DNA of 64,000 nt from Vulcanimicrobiota bacterium (GTDB taxonomy: Bacteria; Vulcanimicrobiota; Vulcanimicrobiia; Eremiobacterales; Eremiobacteraceae). The notes beneath the pieces were generated by a model. The model was not told the DNA's origin and did no database searches. It saw only the letters and a list, made by a program, of their open reading frames with translations. Location: NCBI GenBank assembly GCA_963812135.1, contig CAWETU010000001.1:768001-832000 (forward strand), given 5' to 3'. A program made the position numbers and the translations under genes. Shown here one piece after another: positions 1 to 9,818 of this stretch. Each line of letters opens with the position of its first letter. Position 1 is the stretch's first letter.

Positions 1-838
1 AACCGTTGAGCACGACCGCCCCGAGCGTGCCATGACCCGCCGGCGCGTTTTGTCCGACGCCGAATGGGTTGCCCGGGTCGTTGGGCACATACGGATCTTC
101 AAGACACTGCGCCCGAAAATCTTCGAGCGTCCAATACGACTCGGGAACGACGGCGACGGGATGCCGCGAATTGCACTCCTGCATCGAAATGGCGCTGCGC
201 GCGCAGACATCGCGCTCGAGCCGATTCGCGATGGTGAAGAGCAGGAACGAGGCGGGATTGTCGACGCTCGATCCCGTCGTAGTGCTGCCGGTCGCCGGCC
301 CCGAGCCTCCCTTGCTGCCGCCGCCGCCACCACCACCAGCGCTGGGTGGTTTGGACGACGATGAACCGCCGGAAGAACCGCCCGAAGGGCCGGCGCTGGG
401 GGCGCCGATCGACAAGAGCACGTAGAACGTCGGCTCCTGCGTCGCGATAAGCGGACGCTCCTGCGGCTGACGTCCGAGCACGCCTTCACAGAACTTCAAT
501 TGTTCCCACAGCGTACGCGGGTCGGTCTGACTTTGGCTCGGAGAGCAAGCGCTCCGAGCCACCGTTTGTCCGGCGAGTGCGGCGCATGCGTTCAGCCGGC
601 CGATGAGCAGCTGCGCTAAGTACGACTTGACGCCCAGGGGAATAGAATCAGCGGCTCGATAGTTCGGCGAGTCAAAATTGTACACCGCGATGACGTCGTA
701 GAGATCGCCGGTCGAGCAGATCGAGGAAGACAGCGAGGGCGCCGCGCTTTGCGCCACGGCGCCGTTCGGCACGGCCATGTTCAGCGCAATGGCGATGAGA
801 CTGCCTGCGGCGACAAAAGCGAAAGGCTTGCGGGTCAT
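1..838 (-). CDS. Secreted Cys-rich hypothetical protein with Gly/Ser linker (3' end runs off window)
   Basis: Not in the ORF track because no stop lies in the window. Manual translation from ATG 838: MTRKPFAFVAAGSLIAIALNMAVPNGAVAQ (signal peptide)...GGSSGGSSSSKPPSAGGGGGGSKGGSG...; GGAGG SD upstream; begins 20 nt after the patatin stop. Confidence 0.7.
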   Translation of the reverse strand, partial: MTRKPFAFVAAGSLIAIALNMAVPNGAVAQSAAPSLSSSICSTGDLYDVIAVYNFDSPNYRAADSIPLGVKSYLAQLLIGRLNACAALAGQTVARSACSPSQSQTDPRTLWEQLKFCEGVLGRQPQERPLIATQEPTFYVLLSIGAPSAGPSGGSSGGSSSSKPPSAGGGGGGGSKGGSGPATGSTTTGSSVDNPASFLLFTIANRLERDVCARSAISMQECNSRHPVAVVPESYWTLEDFRAQCLEDPYVPNDPGNPFGVGQNAPAGHGTLGAVVLNG

Positions 839-857
839 GAGACGTTGCCTCCCGAGG

Positions 858-2081
858 TTAGTCTCTCGATCGTTGCGCCGGCAAGAACCCTGCAAAGTCG
901 TCCGGCGAAACGTAAAGATCTGCCGCGGTCTTACCGACGAGCTGCAATTCGTCGAGGTGCGTAGCCTCAAACGGAGCAACCGCGCGCTCGTGGATGGCCT
1001 TCAACCCGAGGCGATCTAAACCTTGCCGCGACACATCGACGTTGTAGCGGACATACGTGAAGAGCTTGTCGGCGAGCGGCGCCCGGTTGTCCACGAGAGT
1101 TCCGATCTCGGAATCGAGCGCCTCGCCGTGGCGCGTCCTGCCAAAAACGCGGCACAGCATGTCCTGCTCGACCGCGGCAGCGGAGATCAGCGCGGAGGGC
1201 AAGGACTGCAGGTTGTAGAGCAGATTCATCTCATTTGCCCGCAGGCTCCGGTTGGCGCTCTCGCTCAGCCCGGTTCCCACGGAGACGAGCAACAAGTCCC
1301 GTTCGCCCGGCGGCCAGTGGACCTCATACGGCGGCAGTGTCGCCATGAGAAAGAGCAAGAAGGAAGGGTTGTTATAGACCGTCACGCCGCCGTCGATGAA
1401 AATGAATTGCTGGTCGCCCACATCGATGACCTCGGGCGGGAAGAATACCGGAGCAGCCGTGCTGGCGCGCACGAGTTGCCAGAGCGGTAGGTTCAGGTTG
1501 CAATCAGGCGATTCGAGACTGTTGAACTTCGCTCGCGGGTTGTTCGAGAGCGGCCACGGTGAATCGGTGGAGGCGTTGCGCATGACGATCAGCAGCAGGG
1601 TCCGCAGCTTGTCCGTTCCCAGTGTCGCCTCGCGCCCCGCGTCTTGGCCGATCACCGATTTTATCCGTGCCGCGAGAGCGTTGTGCGTGAACATCGACGA
1701 TGACGTCAAGATGCCCACCGTGCTCAAGAGTTTGGTGGCGGCCGAATCGGGACCGAACCGCCGCGCGGCGCGCAAAAACATGTTCGCAGGATCGAACATG
1801 TCATGGGCGGCGGTTCGAATGATTTCGCGGATCTGCGCTGCCGAGTATCCGAGGGAGACGAGCGTGGCGATGATCGCACCGGCGCTCGTGCCGGCGACGT
1901 AGTCGAAAAAATCCGCCAGGACGAGGCTGTCGCGGCCCGTCGCTTGCCGCAACAGCGTCTCCAAACGCAACAAGAACTCGACGGCGATCAATCCGCGAAT
2001 TCCACCGCCGTCTACCGAGAGAAGCCTCTTCGGACCAGGCGCGGTCAAACGCGCTTCCACCTGCGATGGCACGAACGCCAC
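858..2081 (-). CDS. Patatin-like phospholipase
   Basis: DGGGIRG oxyanion loop, GTSAG nucleophile elbow, RASTAAP motif, DGG catalytic Asp. Confidence 0.92.
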   Translation of the reverse strand: MAFVPSQVEARLTAPGPKRLLSVDGGGIRGLIAVEFLLRLETLLRQATGRDSLVLADFFDYVAGTSAGAIIATLVSLGYSAAQIREIIRTAAHDMFDPANMFLRAARRFGPDSAATKLLSTVGILTSSSMFTHNALAARIKSVIGQDAGREATLGTDKLRTLLLIVMRNASTDSPWPLSNNPRAKFNSLESPDCNLNLPLWQLVRASTAAPVFFPPEVIDVGDQQFIFIDGGVTVYNNPSFLLFLMATLPPYEVHWPPGERDLLLVSVGTGLSESANRSLRANEMNLLYNLQSLPSALISAAAVEQDMLCRVFGRTRHGEALDSEIGTLVDNRAPLADKLFTYVRYNVDVSRQGLDRLGLKAIHERAVAPFEATHLDELQLVGKTAADLYVSPDDFAGFLPAQRSRD

Positions 2082-2158
2082 GTTCGGTCATGCGGCGCTT
2101 CCCTCTTTCCAACCGGCGGGGTTCGGCGCGTTCGCTCCAGAACGCGGCCACTTTGACA

Positions 2159-3838
2159 GTGCTGCAATCGGAAGCCAAAACCACGAGGGCAGGATTCCAT
2201 GATCTGCCCTTGGTCGTCGGCGTGTCCGGGCATCGCGATCCACCGGCAGACGCCGAACCGCAGTTGCGCGAGCGCTTCGGCGAAGTTCTCGGCGGACTGG
2301 CGCATCGTTACCCGCAGATGCCCTTGCTCGTCCTTTCGGGTCTGGCTGCCGGCGCAGACATCATCGCGGCAGAAGAAGCGCTCGATCGCGGCGTCGCGGT
2401 GCTAGGCTGCCTGCCGATGCCCCAAGCGGAGTACGAAAAGGACTTCTCGCCGGAAGAGCTGCAGCGTTTTCGGCGCGTGCTGCCGCGCTGCTGGGACGTC
2501 ATCGTCGTCGGCACATCGGCCAACCGCGAGCAGAACTACGTCGATGTCGCGACGTTCATCGCCTACTATTGCCATGTGTTGGTCGCCTTTTGGGATGGCT
2601 TACCGGCGCGCGGACCCGGCGGAACCGCGGAGGTCGTCGAGCTGCGCAAAGGCGTCTTGCCGAGCGCGTTGGGCGAGACGCTGGTCGCATATCTGCCCGA
2701 CACCGGCCCGGTCTTTCAGATCGTCACGCCGCGCCGGGGACAGCCGCCGCCGCACGACAGCTTTGCCTTGCACGAGTTCTATCCGCAACGCGAGGCCCTA
2801 ACCGCACGCGATAAAGAACCCGGGACCTCGACCGGCCGGCGCGAGTTCGAAAGTGCACTGGCGCGGCTCGAGCGCTTCAATCGCGACTTAGGTACGCACG
2901 CGCCCGATGCAAAAGCGTTCACGCTGGCCGATTTTCGCGATCGCACGGACGCGGCCGCGAACAAGCTGCAAGTCGACACGTTGCGATCGGTCCAGAGCGT
3001 CTTCATAGCTACGGCGCTCGCCGCCGCCGCGCAATTGATCTTCCCGACTGACGGCTCATTCAATATTCCAAGCTGGCTCGGCATCGGCATACGCATAGGC
3101 TTTCTCATCATCGCCGTGCTCGTGCTGGCGATCGCGAAGCGCAGCGATTACGAAAATCGCTATCAAGACTACCGAGCCATCGCCGAGGCGCTTCGCGTGC
3201 AGTGCGCGTGGTGTTGCGCCGGCCTGGGCAACCGATTGGTCGAAGCGTCGTATTTGCAGATGCAGCAAAGCGAGCTGGAATGGATCCGGCTGGCGCTGCG
3301 AACGATGTACCTGATCACCGGGGCCGGCACTCCGTCGCCTGACGACTCCCCGACACATCCCGAGTGTCTACGCTGGATCGACAGCCAGATAGAGTATTAC
3401 GAGAGATCGGGGCGGCGCGAGGAACGGCAGATGCGATACGCGAGATGGGCGATGATCGCGCTACCCGTCGCAGGTGGCGTCGTCTCGGCCAGCGCGGGAG
3501 TCCTGGCCTTCATGGTCTCACACAAGGTGCTACTCGTACCGCCCGCGCAACTTGCCGACACGCTACGCGTCCTGACGTATTTGGGCACGATGCCGTTTGC
3601 GCTCGGCGGCATGCTCGCGCTGTGGATCCGCTTCTACGTCGAGCAGCGCGGATTCGCCGAGAACACGCGGCGCTACCACCACATGTACGCGGTCTTCAGC
3701 GCAGCCAAGCGGCGCCTTGTGGAACGGGCCCGCGATCCGCGCAAAGTGCTGGAAGAACTCGGCCATGAGTCGCTTTCCGAACACGCGGAGTGGCTGATCT
3801 TGCATCGCGAGCGGCCGCTGGAGTTCGTCCACACCTAA
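2159..3838 (+). CDS. SLOG-superfamily domain fused to two SLATT-like 2TM domains
   Basis: N-terminal VGVSGHRD...LSGLAAGAD...LVAFWDG...GPGGTAEVV (SLOG/YpsA-like). Two hydrophobic hairpins follow, with YQDYRAIAEALR and LGHESLSEHAEW (SLATT-like). Start uncertain (GTG 2159, TTG 2153; ORF open from 2066). Confidence 0.72.
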   Translation: MLQSEAKTTRAGFHDLPLVVGVSGHRDPPADAEPQLRERFGEVLGGLAHRYPQMPLLVLSGLAAGADIIAAEEALDRGVAVLGCLPMPQAEYEKDFSPEELQRFRRVLPRCWDVIVVGTSANREQNYVDVATFIAYYCHVLVAFWDGLPARGPGGTAEVVELRKGVLPSALGETLVAYLPDTGPVFQIVTPRRGQPPPHDSFALHEFYPQREALTARDKEPGTSTGRREFESALARLERFNRDLGTHAPDAKAFTLADFRDRTDAAANKLQVDTLRSVQSVFIATALAAAAQLIFPTDGSFNIPSWLGIGIRIGFLIIAVLVLAIAKRSDYENRYQDYRAIAEALRVQCAWCCAGLGNRLVEASYLQMQQSELEWIRLALRTMYLITGAGTPSPDDSPTHPECLRWIDSQIEYYERSGRREERQMRYARWAMIALPVAGGVVSASAGVLAFMVSHKVLLVPPAQLADTLRVLTYLGTMPFALGGMLALWIRFYVEQRGFAENTRRYHHMYAVFSAAKRRLVERARDPRKVLEELGHESLSEHAEWLILHRERPLEFVHT

Positions 3839-3950
3839 GCTCGCACCGCTTCGGTGGTTCGGCGACGGCCTTAGTCCCAGGACTCGCCCACGGGGTCATG
3901 GAAAAGGCCGCACTGAGGGCCCCTGCGTTTAGTTTATGACGTTTTAGTTT

Positions 3951-5471
3951 ATGCCTTTCCAGATCTTCGTTTCCTATGCGCGCAATGATGATTTGCCGCC
4001 GTTAGACGGCGAAGGCAAAGGCTTTGTCACGACCCTTCTCAAGCACCTCGAGTTCCATTTCACCTGCTTCGGCGAACCGACCCCGGTCGTGTGGCGCGAC
4101 AAGCGCGCGATCGCGCGCAGCGAACAGTTCGACCCTATCATCGAAAAGGGCATTCAGGAGTCGCAGCTGCTCCTCGTGGTGCTGTCCAACAACTGGATTC
4201 ACCGCGAGTTCTGCCGGCGCGAGCTCGATATGTTCGCGCAACGCTGGCACAAGGAAGGTGACGACGGCGTCAAGCGGCGGATCGTCGTCGTCGGCAAAAA
4301 TTACATCGAGCCTGCCGCGCGACCGCCGCTCTTGCAGGGGCAGGAAGGGTATTTATTCTACGCCCCGGACGACGAGAACCCGAGCCGCTATCGCGAGTTC
4401 TTCGTGCGCGGGAAGGCGCGTGAAGAATTCCACGAACACACGCAGGAACTCGCCGAGGACATCTGGCGACGCGCCTGCGAGCACGAACAAGTAGCTCCGC
4501 CCGCGTCCGGTCTCGCCGGCGCCGGCTGGGTGCCGGTGCAATCGAGCGGCAGAAAGATCTACCTGGCCAAGCCCGCCGCCGACATGCGCGCGGCATACAC
4601 CCGCCTCGTGGACGAATTGCGCCAGCGCGGATATGTGGTCGAGCCGTCGCCTGAAGCCGACATCCCCGCGGACAGCAGCGCGGCAGACTTCCTTCGCAGT
4701 TCGCTTGAAGGCACGGAGCTCTCGATCCATTTGCTGGGCGACAAGGCTGGTTGGGCGCCCGAAGACTGCGAGCCGATCGTGCCGCTGCAGTTGAAGCTGG
4801 CTGCCCAGGCGCAATCGCGCCGCATCATCTGGGCGCCGAAGATCCTCGTCGACGAACACGAGCACGCGCATGCTTCGAAGGCACGCGACCCGTTCGCCGT
4901 CCTCGACAAATTCGATCGCAAGCTCGACAACGACACGATCGACGGCAGTGAGACCAGCGCGTTCGCGCAGTTCGTCGTCCAGCATCTCGACAAGAACGCG
5001 CCGCCCGTGCCAGAAATCGAGTCGATCGACGCAAATGCCCGCGTGTATCTCTACCATCGGCCCGAAGATACGCAATACGCCGTCAAGATCGCAACGGTGC
5101 TCGCCGAACGCGGCATACAGCCGGTCTTCCCCGCGTTCGAAGGCGATCCGGCTGAGCTGGCCGCGCTCCACCGGCGGGAACTTGCCGAATGCGACGCGGT
5201 CGTGCTGTGTTGGGCCAACGCCGCCGAAGTGTGGGTCAAGAGCCAGGCGCGCGAACTCAAAAATTGGCGCGAGCTCGGCCGCGACCATGGTTTTGCGTGC
5301 CGGGGTTTGGTCGCCGGACCGCCTCCGGGTCAGCGCAAGGATCTCCTCGTGCAGTTGCCGCCGCGCAACGAAATCGACGTCGTGGTCGATCTGACCCAGT
5401 CGGAAGACTTGACGCCGGGGGCGCTCGACCCGCTCATCCGCGCCACCCAATCGCCGCAGGACGCCGCCTAG
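3951..5471 (+). CDS. Protein with three tandem TIR/TIR-like domains
   Basis: IFVSYARND...LLVVLSNNWIHREFCRREL (TIR with candidate catalytic Glu); second KIYLAKPAADM...SIHLLG (DUF4062-like); third RVYLYHRPED...CDAVVLCW. Confidence 0.82.
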   Translation: MPFQIFVSYARNDDLPPLDGEGKGFVTTLLKHLEFHFTCFGEPTPVVWRDKRAIARSEQFDPIIEKGIQESQLLLVVLSNNWIHREFCRRELDMFAQRWHKEGDDGVKRRIVVVGKNYIEPAARPPLLQGQEGYLFYAPDDENPSRYREFFVRGKAREEFHEHTQELAEDIWRRACEHEQVAPPASGLAGAGWVPVQSSGRKIYLAKPAADMRAAYTRLVDELRQRGYVVEPSPEADIPADSSAADFLRSSLEGTELSIHLLGDKAGWAPEDCEPIVPLQLKLAAQAQSRRIIWAPKILVDEHEHAHASKARDPFAVLDKFDRKLDNDTIDGSETSAFAQFVVQHLDKNAPPVPEIESIDANARVYLYHRPEDTQYAVKIATVLAERGIQPVFPAFEGDPAELAALHRRELAECDAVVLCWANAAEVWVKSQARELKNWRELGRDHGFACRGLVAGPPPGQRKDLLVQLPPRNEIDVVVDLTQSEDLTPGALDPLIRATQSPQDAA

Positions 5472-5474
5472 CAA

Positions 5475-8400
5475 ATGCGACCGTTTCCCGGACTACGGCC
5501 GTTTGATTTCGAAGACCGCGAGTTCTTTTTCGGCCGTGAGGACCAGATCTTTTCGCTGTACCGGCTGCTCGAGCACAGCCGGTTCATCGCAGTGGTCGGC
5601 AGCTCCGGCAGCGGGAAATCGTCGCTCGTGCGCGCCGGGCTGCTGCCGGTCATAGAAGAGGAAAGTCAAGGCGATGGCGGGCGCAAGTGGCGTTTCGCCA
5701 CCTTGCATCCAGGCGACGCGCCGGTCGCGGCCCTCGCTTCGGCGATCACGTCGCTGGCCCAAGGCGCCGATGAGCACGCAGAGATCAGGCACGAGCGCAC
5801 GCTCTTCGCGTTGCGCCGGTCGAGCTTCGGGCTGAGCAAGGCGGTCGACGACATCGGCGATCTGTCGGGCAAATCCGTATTGCTCGTCGTCGATCAATTC
5901 GAAGAACTGTTCCGTTACGCGACGAGCGCGACGCGCGACAGCCGCGGTAGCGCGCTCTGGCGCGACGAGGCAGCCAACTTCGTTCAATTGTTGCTCGAAG
6001 CGACGCGCAGCCGGTCGAGCTCGATCCACGTCCTCATCACCATGCGCTCGGACTTCATCGGTGATTGCGCGCAGTTCCACGGACTGCCCGAAGCGGTCAG
6101 CGCCGCGCAATTCCTCGTGCCGTCGCTCACGCGCGACCAACGGGAAGACGTCATCCGCAAACCAGTGGAGAAAGCCGGCGCAACGATCGATTCGACATTG
6201 GTCGAGATGCTGCTCAACGATGCCGGCAGCGAGACGGATCAATTACCAGTCCTGCAGCACCTCTTGTCGCGGTTATGGGATCGAGCGCAACCGGATGCCG
6301 CCGGCAACCGGCATCTCGGCCTGGACGAATATCGCGCCATCGGCAGCATCACCGGCGCGCTGTCGCAGCACGCCGATGAGGTCATGGCATCGTTGCCCGG
6401 ACTCGAGCTTGCGGTCGAGCAGACTTTTCGTGCGCTGAGCGAGGTCGATTCGGAAGGCCGCGCCACACGCCGCGCGCTGCCATATTCTCGTCTGCTTGCG
6501 GAAACGGGTGTACCTGAGGCCGACCTCGTGCGCGTGCTGGACCGCTTTCGCGCCGAAGACTGTTCGTTTATCTTGCCGCCGCCTGCCGCCGTGCCGGTGC
6601 TGCGCGGTGCCGCGCGCGTCGACGTCGTGCATGAGGCACTCTTACGCCGCTGGGAGCGGATCAGCGCCGACAAGCCGCACGTGCTCGACGGGCGGATGCA
6701 AACCGGGTGGCTAAACGCCGAGGCCGCCGACGGCAGATTCTACCGCGCGCTGCTGGCGTTATTGGAGACCGGCTCTGCCGCGACGGCGATGACGCTGCCG
6801 CTTGATCAAGTCGAAGCGCGTTGGGACTGGTGGATGTCGCGCCCGCGCACGGCGGCATGGGCCGAGCGCTATGGCGGCCGCCTTCCCAGCGTCGAGAAAC
6901 TTTTCCAGGATAGCCTTGCAGCGCTTGCGACCGAGCAAAAACGGGAAGAGGAAGCCGAACGCCGCGAACGCGAGCAAGAACGGCGCGAGATCGAAACGCA
7001 AGAAGCCGCAAAACGCGAGCGCCTCGAGCACCAAGCCGAGGTCGACCGCATGCGCGTGGAGTCGGCACAACGCCTCACGCAGCGCAGCCGCATCGCTGCC
7101 GCGGCGATGCTGGTCGTCGCGGTCCTCGCGATCGCATCGGCAGTCTTTGCCTTTCAAGAGAAAAGAGCAGCTGACGCGGGCGCACGGGCCGCGGACGCGC
7201 GGGCGGCGGCTGAAGCAGCACTGGCCACGGCACGGAAGCGAATGGCGGATTTGGGAACCGTGGCCCAAGTCGCGGCGAAGCACGCCCAGCATGAGGCGAA
7301 CGTCGCGCAGCATGAGGCGAACGTCGCCACCACCGCGCTCACCGCCGCGGAACAGCAGCGTCAGAACGCGATCGTTCAGCGAAATAATGCAAATAACCAG
7401 CGTACGATCGCGCAGGATCAGACCGCGCGAGCGCTTGCGGCGAGATCCCAAGTCTTCATGCAACGCGGTCGACAAGCATTGCTTGACGGCGACGACAACA
7501 GCGCGGCGCTCTTGCTTGCCGCCGCGTACCAAGGCGATTCATCGGATCCCGTCGTGCAATCGCTTCTGCGCCAAGCACTGGCCAAGCTGCAGATCCGGCC
7601 GACGTCCATCGACGCGCACAACAATGGATTCATCACCGCACTCGCGGTCGATCCGCATAGCCAGCGCGTTGCGACGGCGAGCACCGATGGATCGGTGAAG
7701 CTTTGGAGCGTCTCCGGCCGCCCGATCCAATCATTCCACGATCAAAACGACGTCATCACCGGGCTCGCCTTCGATCCATCCGGGAAGTACCTCGTCAGCG
7801 TCGGCCGTGACGGCACGGCGAAGCTGCACGATCTCGCCGGCCTGACCACCGGTTCGGATCCTCCCGCGATCGCATTGCTCGATGCGAAAGACAAACTCGA
7901 AGGGCACGTCGGGCGGATCAATTCAGTCGTTTTCAGTCACAACGGTGCGCGCATCTTGACATCGGGCAGCGACGGCATGGTCAAACTGTGGAATGCGGCC
8001 GACGGTAAGATGATCGCCGAATGGAGCGGTGCGTCGCCCGGCGTCGCGATCAACGACGCGATATTTAGCCGCGACGACCAGATCATCGCCGCGTGCGCCG
8101 CCGACGGGTCGGTCACGGTTTGGGACCTGACCGGCAAACAGATCAACTCGAAGACCGTCACCTCGAAGAGCCCGCTCGTGCATCTGGCGATCTCACCCAA
8201 CGGCCGGACGGTGGTCGCTGGTGCGCTCGACGGAGCGATCATCGCATTCGACTTTAACGCGCTCGCGTCGCACGAATCCAGCTATAGTCCGCCTGAGTGG
8301 CATTACCAGCATCAGGCGATCAACGCGCTTTCGTTCGACGCGACCGGCAAACGGGTGTTGAGCGGGAGCGCGGACGGCACAGTCGTTCTGCTCGACGCGG

Positions 8401-9818
8401 CGAGCGGCAGGCCGCAAGTGACGATCGCCCCCCGACCTGGTGCGCCCGCGGTCTTGACCGCCTCGTTCGATCCCGCCAGCAACGGGTTCGAGGCGACGTA
8501 CGCCGACGGCTCGCTCAATCTGTGGACGCAAGAAGGCGATCCGTTGGTGATGCTGCACGGACCCGTTGCAGTGGAAGCGCGATTCGTTCCCGACGGCAGC
8601 GCGCTTGTGACCGGAAGCGATCACGGCATCGTCGATCTGTGGCCCTTGCCGGTCACATTGAGCAAGCTTGCGGCTTCGCATCGCGCAGGCGTCGAATCGA
8701 TCGAGTTCGATCATGCCGGACACATGCTGACCGCCAGTCAAGACGGCACAGCCGCGCTGTGGCAAGCCGGGGAACAACCGCAACTCGAACGCGTTTTGCC
8801 GCACTCGCCGGGTTCGGCGTGGGTCGTCGCGGCGCGCTTCAGCAGGGACGGCAGCCGCATCGTCACGATCGGCGGCGCCACGGCGAAGATCTGGGACCTC
8901 CAGTCGGCGACCCCGCTGGCGACGATCCACACGACGGCGCAGAACAAACGTTTCATTCAAGCCGAATTCGTCGGGGGCAGCCACAACGTCATACTCGCGC
9001 AAACCGACATGGATCCGGCGACGCACGTGTACGAGACCAACGGCTGGAGGGTGTGGTCGAGCAACGGCCCGCGAGAGATCGCAAAGCAGCCCGGTTACCA
9101 ATCCGACATCCGGGAGCTGGTCCTGACGGATGACGGGAAGTACACGCTTTCAGTCAGTCAAGACGGCTACGCGTTCGTCTACGACACGAACGGACATTCG
9201 GATAACTATCAGACGTGGAAGGACGCCGCCGAGGCGATCGCCCTCGGAGACCGTTTCGTGCTTGGCGAGGCCAACGGAAACCTGCACATCATATATCCGA
9301 CTGACGCAGAGAGCCGCGGCGAGTGGTCGAGCAATGACGCGCGCGTTCTGACGCTCGCCCTATCGGCGGACCACAAGTGGCTCGTCTCTGGAGGCGCGGG
9401 CGGATCTCCGGGCGCGATCTGGGATCTCACGCAGCAACGGCATTCGCACGTTTCGCTCGGCGGCGGCGCCGGATCGATCGAATCGGCATCGTTCTCTCCC
9501 GGCGATGCGCGTTTTCTCACGGCGATTTTCTCCGACGGAACGGTGCGGTTGTGGGATCGCGAGTCGGGAAATGTCCTGGCGTCGGCGTCCGTGCCGGGCG
9601 CGCACGCAACCGCGGCGGCGTTCACACCGGACGGGTCGGCGATCATCATCGGCTCCGAGGACGGAGGCATGTATGTCTGGCGCATTCGCGGTGGCCTACC
9701 GAGCCCGAGCGACGCGGCTGCGCTTGCGCTGCGCGAGACGAACCATTCGGATATCTCCGATCCGCTGATGACCCAGGCCGTATTCACCTTGCAGCAGGCA
9801 GCGCCGCGTGCGAACTGA
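5475..9818 (+). CDS. nSTAND1 NTPase - coiled coil - TM - WD40 repeat protein (NLR-like)
   Basis: RPFPGLRPF...FFGRE, Walker A GSSGSGKSS, Walker B VVDQFEELF, ITMRSDF, LPVLQH, HEALLRRW; TM IAAAAMLVVAVLAIASAVFAF; many WD repeats (e.g. GHVGRINSVVFS...DGMVKLWN). Confidence 0.9.
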   Translation: MRPFPGLRPFDFEDREFFFGREDQIFSLYRLLEHSRFIAVVGSSGSGKSSLVRAGLLPVIEEESQGDGGRKWRFATLHPGDAPVAALASAITSLAQGADEHAEIRHERTLFALRRSSFGLSKAVDDIGDLSGKSVLLVVDQFEELFRYATSATRDSRGSALWRDEAANFVQLLLEATRSRSSSIHVLITMRSDFIGDCAQFHGLPEAVSAAQFLVPSLTRDQREDVIRKPVEKAGATIDSTLVEMLLNDAGSETDQLPVLQHLLSRLWDRAQPDAAGNRHLGLDEYRAIGSITGALSQHADEVMASLPGLELAVEQTFRALSEVDSEGRATRRALPYSRLLAETGVPEADLVRVLDRFRAEDCSFILPPPAAVPVLRGAARVDVVHEALLRRWERISADKPHVLDGRMQTGWLNAEAADGRFYRALLALLETGSAATAMTLPLDQVEARWDWWMSRPRTAAWAERYGGRLPSVEKLFQDSLAALATEQKREEEAERREREQERREIETQEAAKRERLEHQAEVDRMRVESAQRLTQRSRIAAAAMLVVAVLAIASAVFAFQEKRAADAGARAADARAAAEAALATARKRMADLGTVAQVAAKHAQHEANVAQHEANVATTALTAAEQQRQNAIVQRNNANNQRTIAQDQTARALAARSQVFMQRGRQALLDGDDNSAALLLAAAYQGDSSDPVVQSLLRQALAKLQIRPTSIDAHNNGFITALAVDPHSQRVATASTDGSVKLWSVSGRPIQSFHDQNDVITGLAFDPSGKYLVSVGRDGTAKLHDLAGLTTGSDPPAIALLDAKDKLEGHVGRINSVVFSHNGARILTSGSDGMVKLWNAADGKMIAEWSGASPGVAINDAIFSRDDQIIAACAADGSVTVWDLTGKQINSKTVTSKSPLVHLAISPNGRTVVAGALDGAIIAFDFNALASHESSYSPPEWHYQHQAINALSFDATGKRVLSGSADGTVVLLDAASGRPQVTIAPRPGAPAVLTASFDPASNGFEATYADGSLNLWTQEGDPLVMLHGPVAVEARFVPDGSALVTGSDHGIVDLWPLPVTLSKLAASHRAGVESIEFDHAGHMLTASQDGTAALWQAGEQPQLERVLPHSPGSAWVVAARFSRDGSRIVTIGGATAKIWDLQSATPLATIHTTAQNKRFIQAEFVGGSHNVILAQTDMDPATHVYETNGWRVWSSNGPREIAKQPGYQSDIRELVLTDDGKYTLSVSQDGYAFVYDTNGHSDNYQTWKDAAEAIALGDRFVLGEANGNLHIIYPTDAESRGEWSSNDARVLTLALSADHKWLVSGGAGGSPGAIWDLTQQRHSHVSLGGGAGSIESASFSPGDARFLTAIFSDGTVRLWDRESGNVLASASVPGAHATAAAFTPDGSAIIIGSEDGGMYVWRIRGGLPSPSDAAALALRETNHSDISDPLMTQAVFTLQQAAPRAN
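7287..7328 (+). repeat. 21-bp tandem duplication (QHEANVA x2) in the coiled coil of the STAND gene
   Basis: CAGCATGAGGCGAACGTCGCG followed by CAGCATGAGGCGAACGTCGCC. Confidence 0.9.
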
